DNA of 64,000 nt from Lingula anatina (Eukaryota; Animalia; Brachiopoda): the NCBI GenBank assembly GCA_051362555.1, contig CM120645.1:4278001-4342000 (forward strand), in the 5' to 3' direction. The notes beneath the pieces are model-generated. The model did not search any database and was not told the DNA's origin. It saw only the letters and a program-made list of their open reading frames with translations. Shown in pieces: positions 11,401 to 23,600 of the stretch; position 1 is the first letter of the stretch; each line of letters opens with the position of its first letter. A program made the position numbers and the translations under genes.

Positions 11401-14400
11401 TTGTTTACTTTTTAAGCATTTTCTTTTCCCTCCTCTTAATGTATGGGTGTTTTCTCTTTCACTCCTTATATAAGAATTGAACCAGTTACTGTAAGAAAAA
11501 AAAGTATATAAGAGAAAATATGAGTGGTCAAAATTATATAAAAAATTTTTAGTTTCTTTGAGAAAAAAAATCAAAGTACCAGTTACAAACATTTCTTACT
11601 AAGTTGTTCTGATGTGGATCCAAACACTGAGATATTGGGTTTCATGCACTGAGAAGAACACGTGTTTGATTTTAACTTGTCATGGCTGATGACAGCTTTT
11701 TGATGGATGTGGCTACCTGGTTTTCCAGATTACTAACAGAACTAGGTGATCAAAGGGATTGAGTGTGAGAAAAAAATGTTGCTCCATACAAAATAGAAAT
11801 ATACCTATTTTTTTGTTTTCTGGAAACCTAGCTTCTGCTAACACTTTGATACTGATTGAAGTCAGACAAAAAAATTCTCTTCTTTCTTTTAATTATTTGA
11901 AATTTGAAATTTTACTGTCACAGTGAGATATATTTTGTTTACTAAAACTTTTATTAGTAAAACTGAACCTTTTGAAGCTGTTGACTTATCACAATTTTTT
12001 TCAAGGTGAGAAATTGGTACAAAATCTTGAATGTGTCACCAGAAATTTTTTGAGTAAAAATTGCATTTCAGCAATTTAGCATTGCATTTTACTTTCAGAA
12101 GAAGGTATCCTCCCCAAGGCAATACTAGACAGACAGCTAGTGACAGAGGATGGAGTGGAAGAAGAGACGGCAGACGACATGCTCGGAGCGTCGTTTGGCT
12201 CTGAGGAGCGCCCCCAGACACCCAGTACATTGTACAGGGAAGCTTTCGAGGCATGGCTGGAAGGGCCTCCTCAGGAGTCTGATGAATACGACACAGATCT
12301 TGAGGATGCAAAAGTTCCAAAACGTGAGTAGATATGATTTAGCTTTAAATATGAATTCTCTCTCTTTCTCTCAGATTTAAGCAATTTTATGAAAGAATAC
12401 ACATGATGGGGATAAGAAGAACCATAATCTCAGATATTAGTAGATTACCTACAGATTTGTTGTTACTGTTGAGGAATTGGAATTAAAGAGGTGTATTTTA
12501 ATTTAAGGCTCCTCTTTTTATTGTCCATGAATTAAATTGCTTTAAATATTGCAAAATAAAAGGTAAAAAGGGTAAGGAACAGTGGCAGACACTTGAGGAT
12601 GAATAAATGGCCTATAATTGTAACTAAAAGGGTGTGATGTCAGCCTTTGAACAAATAACATATATTGTACATTTAATGTGGTAGTGACCGTTTGATAAGT
12701 GGGTGCATGTCAGCTCAGTAAGCAGCTGCCTATTGAATTTTGTCATGGCCACTGTGTAAAGTACACGGTATATGGCAGTTAATTGACTGAGTATAAACAA
12801 ATTTTTTCAAAAGCTGATATAAATTAATAAGTGGTTATATTTTATTTAAGCCTCAAAATTGTGCATTTTTTTGTTACAAAAAGATTTGCTTTCTGACTTG
12901 TACCCAACCTGCTTCAGGTAATTATAACTTATATCTTTTGGACATTTCAAACCAAAAAGCTGTATTCAAAGAAAAAATGCATAATTCAGCAGTGTTTAAA
13001 ATGAGTGAAATTACCTAAAGTGGTCATGGTCATTACTGTAACAATAATAGGCCCATTTCAAGACCACTCCTTGATTTTGCTGCCTGTGTAAAAGTCTTGC
13101 ATCAATTGTTTAAGTAGGAGTGGTCACTCTTGGTCAGTGTATTAGTAGCTGCCCATTAAGAGTGCAGTGTCCACTGTGTGTGTGCCATAAGTGCCTGCAT
13201 TAGTGGCATTATGTCATTTGTATTGAAGCACCCTTGGGTGAATGGATGAAGGGGACATTGTGTGATGAAAGTCATTTTAACAGCAATTTAGCATCTGACA
13301 GTCACGAATCCTGTCATTTTACAGTTTTCCCTAGTAGTCAAGGGCAGTTAATCTCTTAAAAGAAAATGGTTATAAATATGTTGATACATCCTTGTCACTT
13401 AGCATCTGGTTTGACGAAGAATCAATTGATTTGTACCTGTGCCAAAAATGCTAGATAATTTCAAGTATGAAAAATATTTTGTATAACTAATTTTAAATAA
13501 GATGCGCAGAATAGAGCAAATTGAACTTGTTTATGTATCAGAGGGCTCATTTTTTTCCTTTGATGGAAAAATTGAATGAGAAGGTGAACATTAAAATTCT
13601 AACAGAACACAAATATCCAATGTTAAATACTTATGATAAATTTTTCCCTGGAGTGTCCCAAGGAACAGATGAATGGTTGCTGTTTATTTTGCCATTTTGG
13701 CCTTTTTCAGCAAAGGAAAAAGAAGATTCCACTGGCAAGAGAACATATGAAGAAAAATGTAAACAGACAGGTAGTATTCTTTTTGTGTAAAAAAAAAAAA
13801 AAACCCTCAGAATTAAAATATTTTCATAAATTCTGTATCATGCTTTTAAATCATTATTACTGCAGACATGATTTTTGTTCTGTTAAAAGTGAAAATAAAA
13901 TTTTTTCTCTTTTTTTTTTTTTTTTAACCTTAAGTAGCCCCCTACATCACTGGTCATAAGGTCATAGGTCTTCCTACTTTTTCCATACTACTGGTACTCA
14001 AAATCAAGTATGTTACTCTTGTCTTCATTATTATCCAAGTAGGTTTTATGCTTGCCATTAAAATGAGCTGAACTGTTTCAGGTGTCGTTCCTGTTTCTTA
14101 TATAGTCAAGAACTTGGGAGAGCGTCACCTCAAGATGTGTCACCATTACCTGGGAGGACCTGCCACCAAACCCTTGGCAGCAGCTTTCAAGGTAAAAAGA
14201 CACTTCATTGAGGGTTTATGTACAGACACACTGTGGCCTGCAGTCCTTAATGTCCACATCATTAAAAATTTGATGGTGATTATGCTGTTAAGTATTATGT
14301 ATCCAAATTGAAAATGTATTTTTAAGACTTTTTTGTAAATTGGAAAATATGATTGTTTCACTTCACAGTTTTCTGTTTTCTGTTTTTAAGCAACCTTCCG

Positions 14401-14625
14401 ACACTTGAGATGTAAGGCCACCAAGCTCTTTTTTCTGAAGGGTCAGTGGAGAAAAAAGTTTTAAACAATTTTTGTTCTAATTCCAGGTGAACACGGTGAC
14501 AGAGATGGTGGACCTGACAGACAACTATCTGGAGGGATTGGGAGGGATGGCACTGGCCAAGATGCTGGAAGAAAATCACTTTATTGTACAGATGGTAAGA
14601 TGATTCTTGTGACGTACACTCTCTC

Positions 14626-14660
<35 letters not shown>

Positions 14661-17600
14661 CACACACACACACACACTTTGTTCATTGTAATTATCATGA
14701 TGGCTTGTCAGTCGTGTATGACTGGTCATCAGTGACAGATTTAGATGCAACATTCATTTTTTCCTGTGGCATTAGTTGCATGCTCAGATACATCCATTCT
14801 TTGCATGTTCACTTTGCATAAGAATGCAATTTTGTAGCAGAGATATTAATATTACTACCAAAAAGATGATGTAACATGTCCTTGGGAAATAAGTATATGC
14901 AGTCTGCAAAGAATATGTTTGCAATTAATGAAACCATAACTCCATTTACTGCCTATTTTACTGAATAACAGAAATACAATTCCATTTAAAAACTTTAAAT
15001 TTTCTTTTGAAAAAAGAAAAAACATACAACAGCTTAATGTGTTTCAGTAAAAACATATGAGATGTTGCAATATTCAGTTCATTATGACTTTCAGCTTAAA
15101 TGATTTCAAACATTTTACATATCAGAATGTCTCGGAGAACTTCATAGGGCTGAGAGGCTGCCGGGCATTTGCTGACATGCTGCAGATTAATACTACACTG
15201 AAAACACTTGTCCTGAAAGGTAGGCAAAGGGTTAGGCTGATAAAAGAACATAATAGAAATAGACTTAACTGTTATTTAATACTCATTCATCTTGACAGCC
15301 AGATTGTTCATTGGGGTTGAGATCACATTGGGCTGCTGGAAGTTCCAATGTTACTTTTGGGTGCGTGCAAAACTAACTCCGCGGGGACTCTCGCTGAATG
15401 CAACCAGATTCAAAAATCATCATGTCTCCTCTTGTGTCCAATGTCCTTTTACAATCCCCAGCTTTTATGAATTGTACTCAACACCTGAAAGAGGCTTGTT
15501 AATCTGTTAATCTGATTGCATTCAGCGCGAGTCCCCATGGAGTCAAAAAGTCAGTTACTTTTATTTTATGAAACAAAGATTTGCACATTCTACACTTTTT
15601 GAAATTTGAAATATGAGGATATATTTTTTTTTATTTCCAGAAAACCACCTCACTGATGCATGTGCCAAACTTTTAGGAGAAGCCCTGAAGAATAACGAAT
15701 CTCTCACCTCCTTGGATCTTAGCCATAATGAGATTGGTGAAGTTGGTGGTGTTCATTTAGCCTCTGGACTGGTAAGTTTGGGTCTTCTTGCCACTTAATT
15801 ATGACTTTTTTGCCTTCACACTGCTTCTCATTTTCTTTATCACTAATACCATTTTCTTCTACTCCTTCTTAAATTTCTAAATACTTTTTCATCTTTGATG
15901 TGTTGTACATTATATAACCTGATGAGAAATTTTATTGTTATAATTAAAATATAAACTTAAGACTCTTTAACTGTTATGATGTGCTTGCAGACAAGGATCT
16001 AAACCTCTAAAATTAACATTTCTGCCTCTAAACATATCTGAAAATAGACTTCATGCAGGGCTCAGTCATAATGTCTTGATTGCAGACGGTGAATGAAAGC
16101 GTGATTGACCTGGACCTTAGCTGGAACTCCATATGCAGGAAAGGGGCAGTGGCACTGGCTAATTGTTTAAAGGTACACTTAGATACCAGGCACTAAATAA
16201 CATAAATGATGAAAGTTTTGAAAAAAAAATGGATCTGAAGTATTTCAATAAATGCTGCATTGGACACTTTGGGTCTGGTAAATTGGTTTGAGTTCAGGAA
16301 TGATTTAAGTTAAGTATTGTTCATATGAATTCTGGCTAATATAAATTTTAAAAGAACTGTTCCATCAGATGTGATTGCGAGCATTTTGTAAGGTGCCGAG
16401 TTATGAGGCATATTAACTTGAAAAGTGATATTATTTGATTATTTGATTTAAACTTACTGTGCATTCAGAAAAGCAGGCTAACAGATCTGCGGGTCAAATA
16501 TGGTCGACCCACTGGAATGCCTGTCGTGTAATTCCCATAGGGAATCTATTCAGTGTCTTATTGGGAATTAAGCAGCAAGCTTTTTAGTGGATTGCCATTT
16601 TTGATCCACTGATCTGTAAGTCTGTTGTTCTGAATGCGTTCTTAGTAATGATTCCAAAAATGCACACTTTTCTTAGATATACTGTATAGTTTATCCAGTA
16701 TAACTTTACAATATCAGTGTTTATTTAAAGAGAACATATATTGTAGGTAAACAACACAATTGAGATTTTGGACCTTTCTTGGAATGGCTTTGCCTACCAT
16801 GGCTGCTTTGCCCTGATGAGGTCTCTCAAGGTCAATACCAGACTCAGGGTGCTAGATCTTAGGTAAGAGATTATCATATGACCTTGACCTGATGAGGTCT
16901 CTCAAGGTCAATACCAGACTCAGGGTGCTAGATCTTAGGTAAGAGATTATCATATGACCTTGACCTGATGAGGTCTCTCAAGGTCAATACCAGACTCAGG
17001 GTGCTAGATCTTAGGTAAGAGATTATCATATGACCTTGACCTGATGAGGTCATTCAAGGTCAATACCAGACTTAGGGTGCTAGATCTTAGGTAAGAGATT
17101 ATCATATGACCTTGACCTGATGAGGTCATTCAAGTTCAATATCAGACTCAGGGTGCTAGATCTTAGGTAAGAGATTATCATATGACCTTGACCTGAGAAG
17201 GTCATTCAAGGTCAATACCAGACTCAGGGTGCTAGATCTTAGGCAAAAGATTGTCATATGACCTTGACCTGATGAGGTCACTCAAGGTCAATACCAGACT
17301 CAGGGTGCTAGATCTTAGGTAAGAGATTATCATATGTCCTTGATCCTCACATGGTCACTGAAGGTCATCACTGGGCTGTAGACACCTTGCTTTCTGTCAT
17401 GCTCTACCAGTACTGCTCAACCTTTTACTCTGAGATGGTTGTTCAGGGTCGACCAAGGACAGGGTATAAGATTTTGGGTACTATTTCATTGCTTGACCTT
17501 GAAGAGGGCAATGAAGGTCAGGGTGATTAATTAGCACATGCATATAGTCATCTGAAATCAGATTATTTGATTAAAATTTATATAATGAAATGTGGTTTAA

Positions 17601-20600
17601 TGTCAACAAACTCAATAAAATAATATATAGTGCTTTTAAAAAATAATTCATAATAATTGTTTTTTATCAGTTACATCTATATTAATATTTTGATCTACTT
17701 TTTGGTATTGTTTTACTTAAACTGTTTTCATTTATATATTTCAGTAATAATAGATTGAATGCTCAAGCAGCTCAAAAATTTGGTCTAGGACTTGCAAAGA
17801 ATACAGGGATTGAAACACTGATGGTAAGTGAAATACAGGCTTTCTGGTTATTGATTTTTTTCTGTCATTTCTTCCATCTTCAGTTGACATATGTAAGTAA
17901 TTTGAAGAAATATGATGATATCTGAAATGTTTGTTGTCTGTCAGAAAAAACAAATGGATTAATATAAAATGGATGTTTTCACCTTAAGTTTTTGGGAAGC
18001 ATTGAAAAACTGACAGAGAGTGATGAAAGTATGCAGATAACTAAAAATGTATAGTAAGTACATTATTTTTTGTAGCTCAACATGAACCATATAGGAGAGC
18101 AAGGGTTGGAATACATAGTGAAGGCAGTGAGCAGCAACCCTAAGATTAAACTCCTGGGGTTGGAGGTAAAACAATATTTCAATACACATTAAAGTAATAG
18201 ATTGCATATCATACCACAGTAGAGAAGACAGTACAGAGCAAGATAACAAGCACTTGAGTTTATTGTTCAAGATTTTTAATAATCAATATTTTGATTTATT
18301 TGTGAGCTCCGTGTTGATCTCTAGGAACAGTTTTGCCCAACTTTACCACTATAAGGAAGACAGTACAGAGCAGCACAAGTACTCCATCAAGCTCACGATA
18401 TTCAACTAGAAAAACACAAAGACAAAAACAATGTTTCATATATTTTTATTTATCAGTGAACTCTGTGCTTTTATATCTGTACAGTTTTGCCAATCTTTTT
18501 TCTTGTCCAGTCTTCTAACAAATCCAAGCAATATATCTTACTTAAAACGATAGAAATGTATAGCTATTTTATTACTAACCTGCCTCCCACAATGTAGTTT
18601 TAATCTTGAAAATGCAAAGGAATTAAGTATGATGTTTGTAGAAATATATGTAGAAATGTTTTTACACTGAGTTTTTTGCACATAGCAATGAAATCTAATA
18701 CAATCTGTATTGATAAAAATAATCTCTACTACTTTTGAGTATACATAACTAATTACATTGTGTTAGAACATAGTGTGTTAGCACAATATTAAAAGGCACA
18801 GCTCTCTGATTATATCTTTTACTTTTCTTGGTGTCAGGGACACGTGTGTACTAACAGCTAATATGGAGAGGGACATTGCATGAGAAGTCAGGCTTGGCTC
18901 GTTTTGTAATTGATTTCTGTACTAACTTTCTCTTGTATATTTTCACATGTGCTTTCTTCTGTGTGTCTTCCACTCTTCCCTCTGCTTGTGCTTGGCTTCA
19001 GGGATGCAGGGTAAGTGAACTGATTACTTTTGTTTGGGTTATGTTTCTTTGGAAATTTTTTTTTTTAGCTCCAACATGGAAAATCCTATTTGTTTGTGTT
19101 GTGGTATTTGAAAGTTTTGATGTTCTGTATTGAATAACAACTCTTGATTTCCAGACAAACAAACATCCAAGTTTTAAAAAAATGAAGTTTCAAATTTTCA
19201 TTTGGCAATTGGATTTATTCTTAGAAAGTGCAGAGAGGAAATATATCAGATTTAACATTTCTAACTTTGGTCGGCATCTCTTATTTTCAATTTCCCAATC
19301 ATGACACTCATTTTAGATATAATCCCAGTATAAAATTATGTTTTATGCTTGTCCCTAGTCCAAAATGCATGCAATGCATCTACATTGTTTTCTTTTGATC
19401 CAGGACATTACGCTCTCCCCAAATATCTACCTCAAGATCAAGGAACTTGAAGAGTCCAGAGACATTATCATAATGCATTCTGGGATAGGAGGTTATGGGA
19501 GGTCCATGGTAGGAGAGCCAGATCTGGTCTTTCAGAGTTGGAAACCGTTTTTTTTTTTTTTTTTTTTTTTTTTATATCAAATATAGCTTATTAAGGTTAA
19601 GAGTTTATTGTAAGCAAATGTGCCACTGGCATGCTAATTACATGTACAATATGTACAATATCATCAGATATAGCATTGAAATTTTTAAAAAAATTGTTGA
19701 AAAATTGCAAGGAAGAAAAAAAAATTCAAAGTCATATTTCCAATGTTTGGTTACCATAATGGTCAAAATATTACAGGATTAAAATTTTTTAAAATCAAAT
19801 ATTTCATGGAATGCTTGCATGATCTTTAAAAGCAGATTCCATTTTTAAAATTTCATTTATTTATTTATCTAGTTATTTATGAACTTTTGTTCCTCATCAG
19901 ATGGCAGACACCGTCCTGACAGTGTTTGATCGTTTCATCAAGGAGAACGAGATGGGCATGGAGGACCTGTTCCTGCAGTTTGACAAGGACAAGAGTGGAG
20001 ACATCACTGTGGACGAAATGAAGTACGGACTCAAGGAAGCGGGACTCAGACTAACTAATGTGAGGATGGGGTAACAGCTGTAGAGACCCAGAAAAGTGAT
20101 GAATTATCGCTGAATTTGGCCATTTTGTAGTTCGGCAGTGATGCAGAAGTTATCTTGTCCAAATTAACTAGAGCATTGTGTTAAAAGTTGTTCAGAGAAA
20201 AATAGTTACCTTATAATTTTGCCATTTTGTGAATTAACAGTATGTAGTTTTACAAAACCTATTTTGGACACAATTTGGTTGGACCCAATCTTTTTTTCTT
20301 TTTTTTTTTTTTTTTTTTTTGCTGCTGATGCATTTGTTACAGTTGTTATTTTTCGTCTTGTTTTAAATGTTTTAAATATATTTTTATGTACAGACACAGA
20401 TGTGTCTGTACATATTGCCATCACCTGCGTCTGTCGTCGCCGATCATGTCGCCGTCGCCGTCGCCGTGCACTTTCAGCGTTAACACCATAAGTGGAAGAC
20501 AGTTTTACTTTTTGGCTTTATATTTACAGAGCTGATGAATATTCATAAAACACAGGTCAAGTTCGAAAATCAGCATGATCGGGCCATTATTGTAGAATTT

Positions 20601-23600
20601 ATGCTGTTTTTTCACTTTTCAGCATATATGCAACACTGTTAACACATTTCAAGGAAAACTGATAGGCCTGTTGTCATGAAACTCACAGGAGTAATCAATC
20701 TTACTAAAACGCAGATCAAGTTCGAAAATCGGCATGATCGGGCCACTATTTTAGTAGTTATGCTGTTTTTTCACTTTTCAGCATATATGCAACACTGTTA
20801 ACACATTTCAAGGAAAACCCATAGGCCTGTTGTCATGAAACTCACAGGAGTAATCAATCTTACTAAAACGCAGGTCAAGTTCGAAAATCAGCATAATCGG
20901 ACCATTATTTTATAAGTTATGCTGTTTTTTCACATTTCCTCAGATTCAATTCTAAGGCATGTTAACAGTCTCATTATTTAATTAATAAGATACGTAAAAG
21001 TGTTTGTTTGACATTTCCTGCATCTTTACAACATTGTTAGTTGATTATGTAAAAATGATGGTAAACTTGTAATCGTGTATTGTGTAATAAGGTGTCAAAA
21101 ATGGAAATAAACTCATATCATTGCAGTTTGTAAGATTCAATCATTCACTATGTTCAGAAACTCAGAATGGAGGAAATTGGACATTTGACACTGTTCTATT
21201 GATATTTTTCACATCTCATCAATTTTCTTAGTTGATCATATAAAAATGGCAGTAAACTGTTAATTTTGTTTTATGTTAAAAAAAGTGTTAAAAATGGAAA
21301 TAAACCCATTTCAGAATAGTGCTGTCTTGTTTCACATTTCCTCAGATTCAATTTTTAGGCATGTTAACAGTTTCATTATTTAATTAATAAGATATGTAAA
21401 AGTGTTTGTTTGACATTTCCTGCATCTTTACAACATTGTTAGTTGATTTTGTAAAAATGATGGTAAACTTGTTATCGTGTATTGTGTAATAAAGTTTCAA
21501 AAATGGAAATAAACTCATATCATTACAGTTTGTAAGATTCAATCATTCACTATGTTCAGAAACTCAGAATGGAGGAAATTGGACATTTGACACCGTTTTA
21601 TTGATATTTTTCACATCTCATCAATTTTCTTAGTTGATCATATAAAAATGGCAGTAAACTGTTAATTTTGTTTTATGTTAAAAAAGTGTTAAAAATGGAT
21701 AAAAAAACATTTCAGAACAGTGCTGTCTTGTTAACATTTTGGCATTTTCAAGTTGTGACTTTGAAGTTCCATGGGCCTGAAGACATTTGCTAGTCACATT
21801 TTCTGAATATCCATAATACGAATATTTTATTATTAAAAATTGATGGTCATTATGCTGTTAAACGTTATGTAATATTGCATCAAAATTTGGAAAAAAATAT
21901 TTTGGGCTTTGCTCCCATGATTACCATTTAAGAAAAATCATGTCACTTACTGTTCTCAAACTTACAGGAAAGAAACATGGGACTAAAATACAGCTTCAGT
22001 AGGCAATGCAGTCTGTTTGGTAATTCTTTCTGGCAATTAAACAGTTTTTTGTGAAAATTTAATTTTTCACATATTGGCATTTTCAAGGTGTGACTTTGAA
22101 GTTCCATGGGCTTGAAGACCCATGCTAGTCACATTTTCTGAAAATCCATGATATGTATATTTTATTATTAAAAATTGATGGTCATTATGCTGTTAACCAC
22201 TATGTAATATTGCATCAGAATAGAGGAAAACACAATTTTGGGTGCTGCTGCCATGATGACCATTATGGGAAAACCATGTTATAGTCCGGTGGCTTAAGGA
22301 AAAAATCGTGACACGGCGGATAAAAGCACCAAATTTTGCATGTGGGTACCTTTTGACATTCTAAATCAAATTAGAGCCGTAGCCCACGGAAAAAATTTAC
22401 CGTTTGGCCAAAAAATCCAAAATGGCCGCCAATTTATTGAAATCTTTAGAATTATGTACATACCTATGTTGATTTTTATCAAATAAATTATTTTCTCAGA
22501 GTTTTCCACACCCTTATTGACCATTTTATTCATATATGTCAGATAGCAAACAAGTTCCCTTGGACTTTTTGAAAAAATCCAAGATGGCTGTCATTTGCCA
22601 TAGAAACAGCCATAGGAATACTAGTGCACAACTATTACCAGCTAGAACGATACGTTGTCCACTATCAAATTAAGTCTGTTTCTCAGATCTTTGTTACCCA
22701 CATAATATGTTTGTGGTGAGTAACTACGAAATGTTCTTGGGCATTTTGGAAAATCCAAGATGGCTGCCATGTGCCACAGGAGTTCTAGTAAACGGGGGAT
22801 TCAACTAATGGCAACTGGAAAGATTAGTTTTTCACTATCAAATTAAGCTGGTTTCTGAGTGTTTTCCACATCCTTTCTACCCACACAATATGTATGTGGT
22901 GAGTAACTAACAGTATTCTTGAGCATTTGAAGAAAATCCAAGATGGCCGTCATATGTAATAGGAATACTTCTAGTATTACAAAGGGTTGGAACTAATGCC
23001 AACTAATTCACTATCAAATTCAGTTTATTTTTTTAGTGTTTAACACATTATTATTATTACACTGTGATACATATCTAGCAGGTAATAAATGTGCATATTT
23101 GATCATTTTGAGAAAACCCAAGATGGCCGTCACTGGCCATAGGAATACTACTGGAATTACAACTGCACATCCATGGCTTTTCATCTACTACCAGGGTGAA
23201 TTTGTGTTTGCTTATCAAGTTTTGCCCATCCTTAAAAAGTGTGCATTCTTGGATATTCTGAGAAAAAGATACCTACAATTTAACATAGGAATACTAGGTG
23301 GGTTTCAATTGCTGCTAGAGAGGCATATGGTTCATTATACAATTACATTTCCATGGGTTTGTTTTAAAAATAATTCATGATTTTCATTCCATTTATTATT
23401 ACCCCTATGATGTATACCTGGTCTGTAGTATAGCATGTGTGTATCTTTGGGTATTCTGAAAAAATTCAAGATGTCTGTCTTTTGTCATTAGAATATTCGA
23501 ACACATAATCAAATAATGCTAGAGATACACTGAGTACGATTTAAATGTAGTTAACTTTGGGTCGTTTTTAAATGTTTTTCATATCCTATTTATCCTTATG

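Noticed and set aside
16812-17343. CTGATGAG in each 76-bp unit suggested tandem hammerhead ribozymes (retrozyme-like); the periodicity also suggested a CRISPR array
   Set aside because: There is no GAAA box or stem III in the unit, the motif is just codons CTG ATG AGG of the exon, there are no unique spacers, and the context is eukaryotic.
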